A stretch of DNA of 64,000 nt from a bacterium. GTDB lineage: Bacteria; Hydrothermota; UBA3072; JAPDKE01. The stretch is taken from contig JAPDKE010000012.1 of the NCBI GenBank assembly GCA_029258725.1, forward strand, positions 17,314 to 81,313, in the 5' to 3' direction. The notes beneath the pieces were generated by a model. It did not search any database and had not been told where the DNA came from. It was given only the letters and a program-made list of their open reading frames with translations. The position numbers and the translations under genes were made by a program. The first letter of the stretch is position 1. Each line of letters starts with the position of its first letter. Of the stretch, positions 39,058 through 48,904 are shown one piece after another.

Positions 39058-39796
39058 TCTCCTGCTCCCATCTTTTGAGTTTTTCTATGGTGGGAAAGTC
39101 CGTGAGGTTGAGATGGAGCGGGGTTATGGAAATGTATCCTTCCTCAATTGCAGAAAAATCGGTTCCATCCTCTGGAATCCATGATGGAGGCTCCCCTCCA
39201 AGGATATAGTATCTTTTCCCGTCCTTCCCTATCTTCTCAATCACCGTATCCCGGTAAACTCTTTTTCCCAGGCGGGTTATTTTTATGCCCTTGACCTCTT
39301 CTGGAGGGATATCGGGAATATTCACATTTAAAAGAATACCATGGGGTAATCCCTCACGCAGGACCTTTGCTGCAATCTTTTTTGCATAAATCCTTGCTGT
39401 TTCCTCGTTTCTGATTTCCCTTCCAACCATGGAAAATGCAACCGATGGAATTCCAAGTATCATTCCCTCAAATGCTGCTGCAACGGTCCCTGAGTATGTC
39501 ACATCTTCTCCGAGATTCGCCCCGTGGTTTATTCCAGAAAGGACAAGTTTTGGTTTCTCCGGAAGGATTCCTCGAACCGGATAAAGCACGCAGTCTGTTG
39601 GAGTTCCATCGGTGACATAAACCCTTTCCTCAACCCTTTCAATGTAAATGGGTCTGTGCATGGTGAAGGAATGACTCATTGCGCTTCTTTCCCTGTCTGG
39701 GGCAAATACCCATACCTCGTCCAGGTCCTGGACCGCCTTCCTTAATATTGAAAGTCCCTTTGCCTGTATTCCGTCGTCGTTGGTTATGAGTATCAT
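39044..39796 (-). CDS. surE: 5'/3'-nucleotidase SurE
   Basis: MILITNDDGI N-terminus, 250 aa. Confidence 0.9.
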   Translation of the reverse strand: MILITNDDGIQAKGLSILRKAVQDLDEVWVFAPDRERSAMSHSFTMHRPIYIERVEERVYVTDGTPTDCVLYPVRGILPEKPKLVLSGINHGANLGEDVTYSGTVAAAFEGMILGIPSVAFSMVGREIRNEETARIYAKKIAAKVLREGLPHGILLNVNIPDIPPEEVKGIKITRLGKRVYRDTVIEKIGKDGKRYYILGGEPPSWIPEDGTDFSAIEEGYISITPLHLNLTDFPTIEKLKRWEQEIEGL

Positions 39797-40455
39797 AAAA
39801 GAAGGAGCCTTATCGCAAGTTTGAGAAATCTCAGGGTGTCAATGAATGGATTTATCCTGCTCTTTCTTCCAGGCTCATACACCGTGCTTATGGGAACCTC
39901 ACCTATCCTAAATCCCATCCTTGCAGCCTTCACTATGATCTCTGTCTCTGTCTGAAACCTTGTGGTGGTGAGGGGGACTTTTTCCATGACTGCTTTTTTT
40001 ATAAGCCTGTATCCACACTGTGAATCCGATACCCTGACTCCTGCAAGAAGGGATGTAATAAGGGAGGTTGTCCGATTCGTCCAGTACCTGACAACAGGAG
40101 AGTTCCTTATGGTTATGTCTCTTTTTCCGATAACAAGGTCGTATTCCCCTGCATGAAGAAATCTCTCAAGTTCCTCCGGTTTGTGCTGACCATCCGCATC
40201 CATGGTTATTGCTGCATCGTATCCATGCCCACACACCCATCTGAATCCTGTTCGGTGTGCCATTCCCTTTCCCATGTTTTTCTCATGGGATACGACATTC
40301 ACCCCGAGTTTCTCTGCTATCTCCCTTGTTCTGTCCCTGGAACCATCGTCAACCACCAGGATATCCTCAGGAGGTACATATTCCATCACCTTCCTCAGGG
40401 TTTTTTCTATCTTTTTCTCCTCATTATATGCAGGTATGATTATACAGTACCTCAT
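39793..40455 (-). CDS. family 2 glycosyltransferase (polyprenol-phosphate sugar transferase-like)
   Basis: IIIPAYNEEKKIEKTL, VVDDGSRDRT, DADGQH motifs. Confidence 0.75.
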   Translation of the reverse strand: MRYCIIIPAYNEEKKIEKTLRKVMEYVPPEDILVVDDGSRDRTREIAEKLGVNVVSHEKNMGKGMAHRTGFRWVCGHGYDAAITMDADGQHKPEELERFLHAGEYDLVIGKRDITIRNSPVVRYWTNRTTSLITSLLAGVRVSDSQCGYRLIKKAVMEKVPLTTTRFQTETEIIVKAARMGFRIGEVPISTVYEPGRKSRINPFIDTLRFLKLAIRLLLL

Positions 40456-41273
40456 AGCGGTTCAAAAAGATACCACTGGGCTGGATATTTTCTCACATAT
40501 CTTTCCATTATTCTCACCCATTCCTCAAGTGCGTCCGGACGGGAAACGTCAAGGGGTGGCTCAAAGTAAACATGATACCTTCCATCCCTTTCCTTCACGT
40601 TGAACGCAGGGACAAGAACAGAACCGAGTTTCCTTGCAAGTTCTATCCCTCCTATGGGTATTTTCACTTTCTTTCCGAAGAATTCAGCCTCCTTTCCGGT
40701 TCCTGTGAAGTCCCTGTCTCCAAGCAGTGCAAGCATCTCTCCCTTTCTTAAAACCCTTATACTTTCTCTTGCCGCCTCCCTCAGGAAAACAACCCTCATT
40801 CCTGCGGTTTCCCTTCTTTTCCGGTAGTATTCAACAAACCAGGGTGAGCGATAGGGAAGGGCTATTACCGTAAGTCTGCATCCTGAAAGTGAAAGAAAGG
40901 CTGCCCCCCATTCCCAGTTTCCCAGGTGCATGGTCTGGATGATGACCCCCTTCCCTTCCTCCATGAATTTTTTAACCTTCTCAAATCCATGGGGGGTCAT
41001 GAATTTGTGAAGGTTTCTTTTGTTTATTTTTGGTAACAAGAGAAATTCGTAGATGAATTCTGCAAAGTTCCTGAACCCCTCTCTTGCAAGTTTCTTTATT
41101 TCCCTTTCGCCTTTCTCAGGGAAAACAAGTTTTATATTGGAAATCCATGCATCCCTTCCCTTCCTGTAAACCGTGTAGTAGCAGAAGTCTGCAATTCTTC
41201 TTGTAACAAATCTTGCAACAGGAATGGGAAGGACATGCGAAAGACCTGTTATAATGAGATAAAAAAACCTCAT
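40452..41273 (-). CDS. lysophospholipid / lipid A-type acyltransferase (LpxL/HtrB family)
   Basis: N-terminal TM, HLGNWE (HX4E-like) acyltransferase motif; start set at MRFFYL (41273) to avoid tRNA. Confidence 0.6.
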   Translation of the reverse strand: MRFFYLIITGLSHVLPIPVARFVTRRIADFCYYTVYRKGRDAWISNIKLVFPEKGEREIKKLAREGFRNFAEFIYEFLLLPKINKRNLHKFMTPHGFEKVKKFMEEGKGVIIQTMHLGNWEWGAAFLSLSGCRLTVIALPYRSPWFVEYYRKRRETAGMRVVFLREAARESIRVLRKGEMLALLGDRDFTGTGKEAEFFGKKVKIPIGGIELARKLGSVLVPAFNVKERDGRYHVYFEPPLDVSRPDALEEWVRIMERYVRKYPAQWYLFEPL

Positions 41274-41291
41274 GGTGTTTTTATAAAGAAG

Positions 41292-41366
41292 TCGGGGCGA
41301 GTGGATTTGAACCACCGACCCCCAGCACCCCAAGCTGGTGCGCTAACCAGGCTGCGCTACGCCCCG
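41292..41366 (-). tRNA. tRNA-Pro (anticodon GGG), no encoded CCA
   Basis: Identical to tRNA at 38339 except anticodon arm (stem CCAGC/GCUGG, loop UUGGGGU). Confidence 0.85.
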
Positions 41367-41514
41367 ACAGATATAATATAGCAAAATGAAGAAAATTTTT
41401 CAAGGGGGTTAAGGGTCTTCCCTGAGGAGAAAAATACCGATGAGGTTTGAGAATAAGAGCATAGAGGGAAGGATTATCCTGCGGGGAGAAGAGGTGGTGA
41501 GGAAAATCGGTGGC

Positions 41515-41542
41515 TTGACATTCCCTTTCCCACCTGTAAAAT
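41515..41542 (+). promoter_or_regulatory. TTGACA-N16-TAAAAT promoter ending 6 nt before purD ATG (leaderless-type geometry)
   Basis: Hexamers read directly. Confidence 0.45.
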
Positions 41543-41548
41543 AAAACC

Positions 41549-42793
41549 ATGAAAATACTTATTGTGGGAGGTGGAGGAAGAGAGCATGCTCTTGGATGGG
41601 CACTTGCAGGGGAGGGAAGGGAAATATTCTTCGCCCCTGGAAATGGAGGAACAGGGAATAACATTCCCATTACCCCTGCAGAGATTGATAAACTCGCAGA
41701 ATTCTCTCAAAGAGAAAAAATAGACCTTACAGTTGTGGGGCCCGAGGCACCACTTGCAGAAGGAGTTGTCGATGAATTTGAGAAAAGAGGATTAAAGATA
41801 TTCGGCCCATCAAAAAATGCCTCAGAAATAGAGGCAAGTAAGGCATTTGCAAGGGAGTTTATGAAAAAATATGGAATTCCATCCCCCCATTTTGAGATAG
41901 TAACATCTTTTGAGGAAGGGAAGAAAATGATAGAAAACTGGAAGGAAGAGAGAATGGTTGTCAAGGCAAGCGGGCTTGCTGCTGGAAAGGGCTCCTATGT
42001 ATGCATGAGCAAAAAGGAGGCATTGAAGGCTCTTGAGGAGATAATGGTTGAGAGAAGGTTTGGAAGTTCAGGGGATACGGTTGTTATTGAAGAGTATTTA
42101 GAAGGTGAGGAGGCATCCATACTTGCCATATCCTCAGGAGAGCAGTTTTTAACCCTTCTTCCCTCCCAGGACCACAAGCGTGCATACGATGGTGATAGGG
42201 GACCAAACACCGGTGGAATGGGTGCCTATGCCCCATGCCCTCTCATAAAAAGAGAGGATGTGTGGTGGATTGAGGAGCATATAATGAGGCCAGCCCTTTC
42301 AGGGCTTGTGCAGGAGGGAAGGGAATTCAGGGGAGTTCTTTACGCAGGATTGATGGTAACGGATAAAGGTCCCATGGTTCTTGAATTCAATGTAAGGTTC
42401 GGTGACCCGGAAACGCAGGCAATTCTTCCCCTATTAAAAACAGACCTCCTTTCCCTCATTGAGGGGGCAATTGAAGGAAAACTGCCCGAAAGGATTGAAT
42501 GGGAGGAAGGATATGCTGTGTGTGTTGTTCTTGCCTCCTCTGGTTATCCCGGGAAGTATGAAAAGGGGAAGGAGATAAAAATTGAAGAATGGGATGGAAT
42601 AATATTTCATGCAGGAACAAAAAGGGAAGGAGAAAAACTTCTTACATCAGGTGGAAGGGTTCTTAATGTTGTTGGAAAGGGAAAAACATTGAAGGAAGCA
42701 AAAGAAAAGGCATACGAGGGAGTGAGGCACATACATTTTGATGGAATGTTTTACCGGAAGGACATAGGGGATAAGGGATTGAGGTATGGATAA
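41549..42793 (+). CDS. purD: phosphoribosylamine--glycine ligase
   Basis: MKILIVGGGGREHALGWAL N-terminus, ATP-grasp. Confidence 0.95.
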   Translation: MKILIVGGGGREHALGWALAGEGREIFFAPGNGGTGNNIPITPAEIDKLAEFSQREKIDLTVVGPEAPLAEGVVDEFEKRGLKIFGPSKNASEIEASKAFAREFMKKYGIPSPHFEIVTSFEEGKKMIENWKEERMVVKASGLAAGKGSYVCMSKKEALKALEEIMVERRFGSSGDTVVIEEYLEGEEASILAISSGEQFLTLLPSQDHKRAYDGDRGPNTGGMGAYAPCPLIKREDVWWIEEHIMRPALSGLVQEGREFRGVLYAGLMVTDKGPMVLEFNVRFGDPETQAILPLLKTDLLSLIEGAIEGKLPERIEWEEGYAVCVVLASSGYPGKYEKGKEIKIEEWDGIIFHAGTKREGEKLLTSGGRVLNVVGKGKTLKEAKEKAYEGVRHIHFDGMFYRKDIGDKGLRYG

Positions 42794-43487
42794 TCCCTGG
42801 CTCAACCGTAAGTATGTGGAGGAATACACCCTCTTAAATAAGGCATGGGATGAGAGTGCACCTCAGGAGGTGGATTTTATAATTGAGGAACTCTCCCTCT
42901 CCCCTGGAGAGAAAATCCTTGATATAGGATGTGGAAGTGGAAGGCATGCAGTTGAGTTTGCAAAGAGGGGGTTTAAGGTTACCGGAATTGACATATCCCC
43001 TCATCAGATAGAACTTGCGAAGAAAAGAGCAGAAAACGAAGAGGTTGATGTAGAATTTATTGTAATGGATGGACTCCAGATAAATTATAAAGAGGAGTTC
43101 GATGCGGTTCTCAACCTTTACACATCCGTTCTTGGGGAACTGGGTTCCCTTGCAAACGATTTGCTTTTTCTCAAAAAACTTGTCCGTGCTATAAAACCCG
43201 GAGGAAAGTTGATTATTTCAACCCTGAATGCATACCGGCAGGCCTGGAAGGGAAACGAAAAATTTGACCCGGTAACATCCACGGTTGAATGGAGGGCCGT
43301 GGTTGAGGAGAAACTATACACCGGACCTGTGAGATTCTTCACCCCTCAGGAACTCATAATAGCACTTGATTTTCTTGGGGTTGACGTTCTCTCGGTTTAT
43401 GGTGCGGATACACCAGGGGAACTTCCGTTAAGGAAGAAGTTTGCAATAAAAAGCGTAGAACTTGTAATAACAGGGAGGAAAAGATGA
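42786..43487 (+). CDS. class I SAM-dependent methyltransferase
   Basis: ILDIGCGSGRH motif. Confidence 0.75.
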   Translation: MDNPWLNRKYVEEYTLLNKAWDESAPQEVDFIIEELSLSPGEKILDIGCGSGRHAVEFAKRGFKVTGIDISPHQIELAKKRAENEEVDVEFIVMDGLQINYKEEFDAVLNLYTSVLGELGSLANDLLFLKKLVRAIKPGGKLIISTLNAYRQAWKGNEKFDPVTSTVEWRAVVEEKLYTGPVRFFTPQELIIALDFLGVDVLSVYGADTPGELPLRKKFAIKSVELVITGRKR

Positions 43488-43843
43488 AGAAGGTGGAAGC
43501 AATAATAAAACCTGAAAAACTCCAGGAAACCCTGAATTCTTTAATAGGTGTTGATGTATGGGGGGTTACGGTGACCATGGTGAGGGGATGCGGGAGGCAG
43601 AAGGGATATCTCACTGGAAATTACCTTTCAAAGGAAAAACCCGTCCAGACACTTCCCTTTGTCAAACTTGAGTTTGTGGTTAAGGATGAGGTGGTGGAAA
43701 CGCTCATAGATGTGATAAGGAAGGTTAACTCCACAGGAGAGGTTGGGAAGGGGAATGGAAAAATCTTTGTCTATCCTGTCCTTGATGCGGTGAGAATAAG
43801 CACGGGAGAAAGAGGGGAGGATGCAATAGGGGGACCAAAATGA
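43484..43843 (+). CDS. nitrogen regulatory protein P-II family
   Basis: MKKVEAIIKP...T-loop RGCGRQKGY, C-terminal GKIFVYPV...RISTGE; ATGA overlaps on both sides. Confidence 0.85.
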   Translation: MKKVEAIIKPEKLQETLNSLIGVDVWGVTVTMVRGCGRQKGYLTGNYLSKEKPVQTLPFVKLEFVVKDEVVETLIDVIRKVNSTGEVGKGNGKIFVYPVLDAVRISTGERGEDAIGGPK

Positions 43844-44913
43844 AGAGGATTCTGTGGATTTTAATCCTTGCTGGCTGTATGAAGGGGTCCCTGGACAGGG
43901 AACCACCGGTTATTGAGATTTTATCCCCCCTGGCCGATACCATCCAGGCCCCATGCCTCTTTCAGGTTAAGGTGCATGATAACCTCGGGATAGACTCTGT
44001 CTGGCTTTACTCAAAAGACTCTTTGCTCATCTCTGCAAGGGATACACTGGTGGCTGCCTATCTCTACGAAGGAAGGCACTCACTCATTGCACGTGCAAGG
44101 GATCTTGCAGGAAACGTTGCAGCCAGAACCCTTGAGGTGGTGGTTGTTGAAGGAGAAAGGTGGATATGGGTTGATGGAAATCCGGATGACTGGAGGCTTG
44201 AATTAACGAAAGAAGATACCCTTATAACCGATGGGAAGGAATGGGGTTATAAAGACCCTGAGGGGGATGATACCGGAGATGGAGATTACACATATCCTTT
44301 GAATGAAATCTTCCATGGAACAGAGGCGGACATGGTTGAGTTCAGAATCCTGGGTGTTCCGGACTCTGAAAGAATATTCGTTCTCATAAAACTTGCAGGA
44401 TTTGACTCCCTCTGGATGCCCTTCATCTCCATTTCCTTTGACCTTGACCATGTTCCGGGTTCGGGGAATATGGATGGGGGAGGATTTTCAGAACTTTCCA
44501 TTTCCTCCGAGAATGCATGGGAGTACACCGTGCATGTGAGGAGCGGGGAACTTGTCCTGTATGATAAAGACTGGAACACCGTGCCTTCAGATTCCCAGGT
44601 TTTCTTCAATCCAGAAGAGGGGATAATAGAACTCTCAATATCAACTTCCTCCTGGTCTGCGTCTCCATGGGATAAACCTGTATATTTAACGGTATTTTCC
44701 GCCCTTGAGGAATTCGGACATGCAAGGGAAATAAACGAGGTTGCATCGGAGTGGTATGGAGGTGGGGGAACTGACGGAGAGACCGACCCCGATGTTTATG
44801 ACCTTCTCTTTTACCCATCCTCCCTCCAGCCGGAAGTTCTTTCAGGATATACCGATACATCATGGGCAACCCTTCCACCTGAGGCAGCAGGGGAGGTGGA
44901 GTTTGATAGATAG
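43840..44913 (+). CDS. lipoprotein with glucodextranase-like C-domain motif (DPEGDDTGDGDYTYP)
   Basis: Lipobox LAGC; acidic Gly/Asp-rich segments; translationally coupled to P-II gene. Confidence 0.55.
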   Translation: MKRILWILILAGCMKGSLDREPPVIEILSPLADTIQAPCLFQVKVHDNLGIDSVWLYSKDSLLISARDTLVAAYLYEGRHSLIARARDLAGNVAARTLEVVVVEGERWIWVDGNPDDWRLELTKEDTLITDGKEWGYKDPEGDDTGDGDYTYPLNEIFHGTEADMVEFRILGVPDSERIFVLIKLAGFDSLWMPFISISFDLDHVPGSGNMDGGGFSELSISSENAWEYTVHVRSGELVLYDKDWNTVPSDSQVFFNPEEGIIELSISTSSWSASPWDKPVYLTVFSALEEFGHAREINEVASEWYGGGGTDGETDPDVYDLLFYPSSLQPEVLSGYTDTSWATLPPEAAGEVEFDR

Positions 44914-45130
44914 AAAATCAACCATAGAGGATGTTGTGAGGGAGTATCCAGATGCAGTGAGGATTTTCATGAGATATGGAATAAAGGCAATTGTATGCGG
45001 TGACCCCTTATGGGGGACCATAGAGGAGGAGGCAAAAAGACAGGGACTTTCGGATGAAAAAATAGATGAACTGTTAGAGGAACTGAGAAAACTTGAGGGA
45101 AAGAAATTTTTGAAACTGGAGGATGTATGA
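44903..45130 (+). CDS. DUF1858-like small protein
   Basis: STIEDVVREYPDAVRIFMRYGIKAIVCGDPLWGTIEE resembles DUF1858; start proposed at TTG 44903 after GGAGG; ATGA overlap with gltX. Confidence 0.45.
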   Translation: MIDRKSTIEDVVREYPDAVRIFMRYGIKAIVCGDPLWGTIEEEAKRQGLSDEKIDELLEELRKLEGKKFLKLEDV

Positions 45131-46548
45131 GGGTAAGGATAGCACCATCCCCAACCGGATACCTTCACATAGGAACAGCAAGAACCGCCCTTTATAACTG
45201 GTTGCTTGCAAGAAAGCATAAGGGAACGTTTGTTCTGAGAATAGAGGATACCGATGTTGAGCGTTCAAGCCAGGAGATGGTGGATGTAATACTTGAGTCC
45301 TTAAAATGGCTCGGGCTTGACTGGGATGAGGGTCCCTACTTTCAGTCCCGGCGCGTTGAGATTTACAGGCGCTATGCGGAAAGACTTTTAAAGGAGGGAA
45401 AGGCGTATTGCTGCTACTGCACCCCTGAGGAATTGAAGGAGAGAAGGGAGCAGGCAATAAGGGAGGGAAGGGCATGGAAGTATGATAGAAAGTGTCTTTA
45501 TCTTTCAGAGGAGGAGAAAAGGAAACTTGAAAAGGAGGGGAGACCCAGGGCAATAAGGTTTCTGGTCCCACCAGGAAAAACTGAATTCAACGACCTCGTT
45601 CATGGAAAAATAGAGAAAAATCATGAAGACATAGAGGACTTTGTTATTTTAAAATCCGATGGAATGCCAACCTACAACTTTGCTGTTGTTGTGGATGACC
45701 ACGAAATGGGGATAACGCATGTTATAAGGGGAGACGACCACATATCCAACACACCAAAACAGATACTCATTTACAGGGCACTTGGATGGGAGCCTCCGCT
45801 TTTTGGACATCTTCCGTTAATTCTTGGAGAGGACAGAAGCAAACTTTCAAAGAGGCATGGAGCGGTTGCCGTCCTGCAGTATAAGGAGGATGGCTTCCTT
45901 CCCGATGCACTTGTTAATTACCTTGCATTGCTCGGATGGTCTCCCGGAGACAACAGGGAAATTTTATCACGGGAGGAACTCATAGAACTCTTCTCCATAG
46001 AGAGGGTATCGGACAGGAATGCAATCTTTGATAGAAGGAAATTGCTCTGGATGAATGGTGAGTATATAAAGATGAAGAGTGAAGATGAACTTTTTAATGG
46101 GGTGTGGGAATTTCTGAAGAAGGAAGAACTCGTTAAGGATGAGGAAAAGGAAGAAAAAAGGGATTATATTCTGGGGTTTATAAAACTCATGAAAGAAAGA
46201 TGCAAAACCTTAAAAGACTTCGCAACCCTTGGATACTACTTCTTCAGGGATGACTTTGAACTTGACCCCGAGGGAATAAGAAAACACTTCTATCCCGGAC
46301 TTAAAGAAAGGATGGAGAAACTGCTTGAGAGGTTTGAGAAAACCGAACCTTTCACTGTAGAAAATATTGAGCAGGCTCTGAGGGGACTTGCAGAGGAACT
46401 TGGAATAAAGGCAAAGGAACTCATTCATCCGGTAAGGCTCATATGCTCCGGAATGACATTTGGTCCAGGACTTTTTGAGTTACTTGCCCATCTCGGAAAG
46501 GAAAGGGTAATAAGAAGGATTAAAAAGAGACTGCCCGAACTGCCATGA
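45127..46548 (+). CDS. gltX: glutamate--tRNA ligase
   Basis: HIGH-type motif PSPTGYLHIGTARTALYNWL and KMSKS-type KLSKRHG. Confidence 0.95.
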   Translation: MRVRIAPSPTGYLHIGTARTALYNWLLARKHKGTFVLRIEDTDVERSSQEMVDVILESLKWLGLDWDEGPYFQSRRVEIYRRYAERLLKEGKAYCCYCTPEELKERREQAIREGRAWKYDRKCLYLSEEEKRKLEKEGRPRAIRFLVPPGKTEFNDLVHGKIEKNHEDIEDFVILKSDGMPTYNFAVVVDDHEMGITHVIRGDDHISNTPKQILIYRALGWEPPLFGHLPLILGEDRSKLSKRHGAVAVLQYKEDGFLPDALVNYLALLGWSPGDNREILSREELIELFSIERVSDRNAIFDRRKLLWMNGEYIKMKSEDELFNGVWEFLKKEELVKDEEKEEKRDYILGFIKLMKERCKTLKDFATLGYYFFRDDFELDPEGIRKHFYPGLKERMEKLLERFEKTEPFTVENIEQALRGLAEELGIKAKELIHPVRLICSGMTFGPGLFELLAHLGKERVIRRIKKRLPELP

Positions 46549-48005
46549 ACCCTGAAATTCTTTACTATCATGCCCTTCTCCACCGGGCAGAATGCCTGGG
46601 ATATTCGGGAAGGTACGACGAGGCGGAAAGGGATGCAAAAAAACTTGTAAAAGCCCGTGTACCGGAATGGAAAGTAAGGGGGCACCTGCAACTTTTTTAC
46701 ATTTATGAAACCCATGGGGAATTCAGGCGTGCAAGAAAGGAGGTGGAAAAGGCGTGTGAGATTGCGGAAAAGGAGGGGCTTATTTACGATCTTTCTGTTG
46801 GTTATTACTATCTTGGAAGGCTGGAGACAAAAAGAGGAAATTATTCCAGCGCACTGGATTACTTCAGAAAGGGTATTGAACTTGTTGAGGGGAGGGAGGA
46901 TAAAAAATTTCTTACAAGAAAGGCGTGTATCTATCATGAGACAGGTATAGTTTACCAGAGACTGGGGGAACTGGATAAGGCGCTGGATTATCTCAAAAAG
47001 GCGCACGAAATTCAGAAAAGGACAGGAAATAAAAGGGGAGAGGCAATAGTTTTGAACAGCCTTTACATTGTTTACATGGGAAAGGGGGATAGAGAAAATG
47101 CAAAAAAGTGCCTGAGGCAATCGTTGAAGATTGCAGAAATGGTGGAGTACCGGAAAATAATGGCAACCGTTCTCAACAATCTCGGTGTGCTCTCTCTCGT
47201 GGATGGAGAGTTACATGAGGCACTCCCATTTTTCAACAGGGCACTCCTCATGTATGAAGAAATGCATTCCCCTCATAATGAGGCAGGGGTTCACAGTAAC
47301 CTCGGGATGATTTATCTTTACATGGGAGAGATGAAAAAGGCGGAGTTACATTATGAAAAGGCATACAGATCCAGAAAGAAGCTAAACGATGTTTATGGCC
47401 TTATCATATCCCTTATCCTTATGGGAGAAATGTATCTTTTGAAGGGTGAGTATAAAAAGGCAAAAGATATGATGGAGCAGGCAACAAAGATAACCGAAGA
47501 GAAAAATCTCAGGGGATTTTATCCGGAGGTTCTGGTGGTGGAAGGAAAAGCAGAACTTTTTGAGGGAAGATTTTCAAATGCAGAGAAGAAATTTTCTCTT
47601 GCACAAAAAATAGCAGAGGAACAGGAGGAGGAAGAAAGTGGTTTTCTTGCACGCACATATCTCCTCCTCTCCCGGGCCCTTCAGAAGAAGGGAATAAAAA
47701 CATCCGGGATTGAGGAACTTGCGGATGGAGTGAAAGTCCTGGAGCAGTTCAACTATGTTATCATGGCTTACGAAAATATTGCCCTTCTTTATCTTCTTTC
47801 CAGAAATCTGGAAAAGGCAGAGGAATGGATTGAAAGGCTGGAAGAAAAAGTAAAGGCGTGTGGGTGCAGAATTTATGCACCTCATTTAATCATGCTTGAG
47901 GCACTTATCCTGAGACAAAGGGGAAAGAAATGGAAGCAGAAAAAAGAAAAGGCAGAGAAAGAGGCAGAAAAACTGGGAATAAAAATCCCCTCATTCCTTA
48001 CCTGA
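46545..48005 (+). CDS. TPR repeat protein
   Basis: Multiple 34-aa repeats with A/Y/L pattern. Confidence 0.7.
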   Translation: MNPEILYYHALLHRAECLGYSGRYDEAERDAKKLVKARVPEWKVRGHLQLFYIYETHGEFRRARKEVEKACEIAEKEGLIYDLSVGYYYLGRLETKRGNYSSALDYFRKGIELVEGREDKKFLTRKACIYHETGIVYQRLGELDKALDYLKKAHEIQKRTGNKRGEAIVLNSLYIVYMGKGDRENAKKCLRQSLKIAEMVEYRKIMATVLNNLGVLSLVDGELHEALPFFNRALLMYEEMHSPHNEAGVHSNLGMIYLYMGEMKKAELHYEKAYRSRKKLNDVYGLIISLILMGEMYLLKGEYKKAKDMMEQATKITEEKNLRGFYPEVLVVEGKAELFEGRFSNAEKKFSLAQKIAEEQEEEESGFLARTYLLLSRALQKKGIKTSGIEELADGVKVLEQFNYVIMAYENIALLYLLSRNLEKAEEWIERLEEKVKACGCRIYAPHLIMLEALILRQRGKKWKQKKEKAEKEAEKLGIKIPSFLT

Positions 48006-48079
48006 TGCAATATTTTCCCGGCAAGGGAAGGGAGTAATTCCACAAATAAAGCCCATCTGGATTTAAGGAGGCATAGAGT

Positions 48080-48574
48080 CTATTTCGCCTTCCATTTTAA
48101 GGTTTCCTTATACCCGATCATCAAAGGGGAAAGAGAAAAATCCATCATTATTTGTATTACAAGTTCCACCTGTGGAGTATAGGTTCGGCAGGATGCTATG
48201 ATTTTATTCCCGACCAGGGATATTCTCCAGTGAGGATTTTCAGGGAGGGGGATTTTTGAGGCGGGCTTTATCCTTTCCCTGTATTTCTCATATATTTTCT
48301 TTGCCTTTTTTCTTATCTTTTCTGCAGGAAGTATTATCCTTCCCGAAGATGTGACAATGTCCCCCTCCTTCACTTCTTTAAAGTGCACATGCCTCATGTA
48401 AAGGGTAGAATTTCTGATGCATTCTATATATTCCTTCCTTTCCCTCCTTCCTCTAATCCTGTATACCCCGGTATCGGGAAAGGAAACTCCAGGGATTATC
48501 CTCTTGAAAGTTGTAAAGATTGTATCTTCTTTTATTTCCACCCTGAAAGGAGAAAGAAAAAGAAGAAAAAGCAT
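48080..48574 (-). CDS. hypothetical protein
   Basis: 164-aa ORF, host-like codon usage, no recognisable motif. Confidence 0.4.
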   Translation of the reverse strand: MLFLLFLSPFRVEIKEDTIFTTFKRIIPGVSFPDTGVYRIRGRRERKEYIECIRNSTLYMRHVHFKEVKEGDIVTSSGRIILPAEKIRKKAKKIYEKYRERIKPASKIPLPENPHWRISLVGNKIIASCRTYTPQVELVIQIMMDFSLSPLMIGYKETLKWKAK

Positions 48575-48618
48575 GATAAAAAGAGGGGGACCTCAAAGGT
48601 CCCCCCGGGCTTTACGGC

Positions 48619-48822
48619 TTAATTCACTTTCACAACGTTTTCTGCCTTCAGTCCCTTCTCTCCTTCCACTATATCGAATTCAACTTCTTCGCCTTCTTTC
48701 AATGTCTTGTATCCTTCCTGCTGTATCGCCGAGTAATGAACGAACACTTCCCTACCGTCTTCCATCTCGATGAAGCCGTAGCCCTTCCTGTCATTGAACC
48801 ACTTAACCTTACCGCGTGCCAT
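48619..48822 (-). CDS. cspA: cold-shock protein (CspA family)
   Basis: [21 protein letters not shown] motifs; start at second ATG. Confidence 0.9.
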   Translation of the reverse strand: MARGKVKWFNDRKGYGFIEMEDGREVFVHYSAIQQEGYKTLKEGEEVEFDIVEGEKGLKAENVVKVN

Positions 48823-48859
48823 CCAACTCATACCTCCTTCCTATAAGACATGTTGCTTC

Positions 48860-48887
48860 AATATAACACTTTTTTTTGATTTGTCAA
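48860..48887 (-). promoter_or_regulatory. TTGACA-N16-TATATT promoter for csp
   Basis: Hexamers read on minus strand. Confidence 0.5.
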
Positions 48888-48904
48888 GTTTGATAGGTAA
48901 TGTT

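Noticed and set aside
41281-41670. 129-aa minus ORF
   Set aside because: Runs through tRNA-Pro(GGG) and the purD promoter; spurious.
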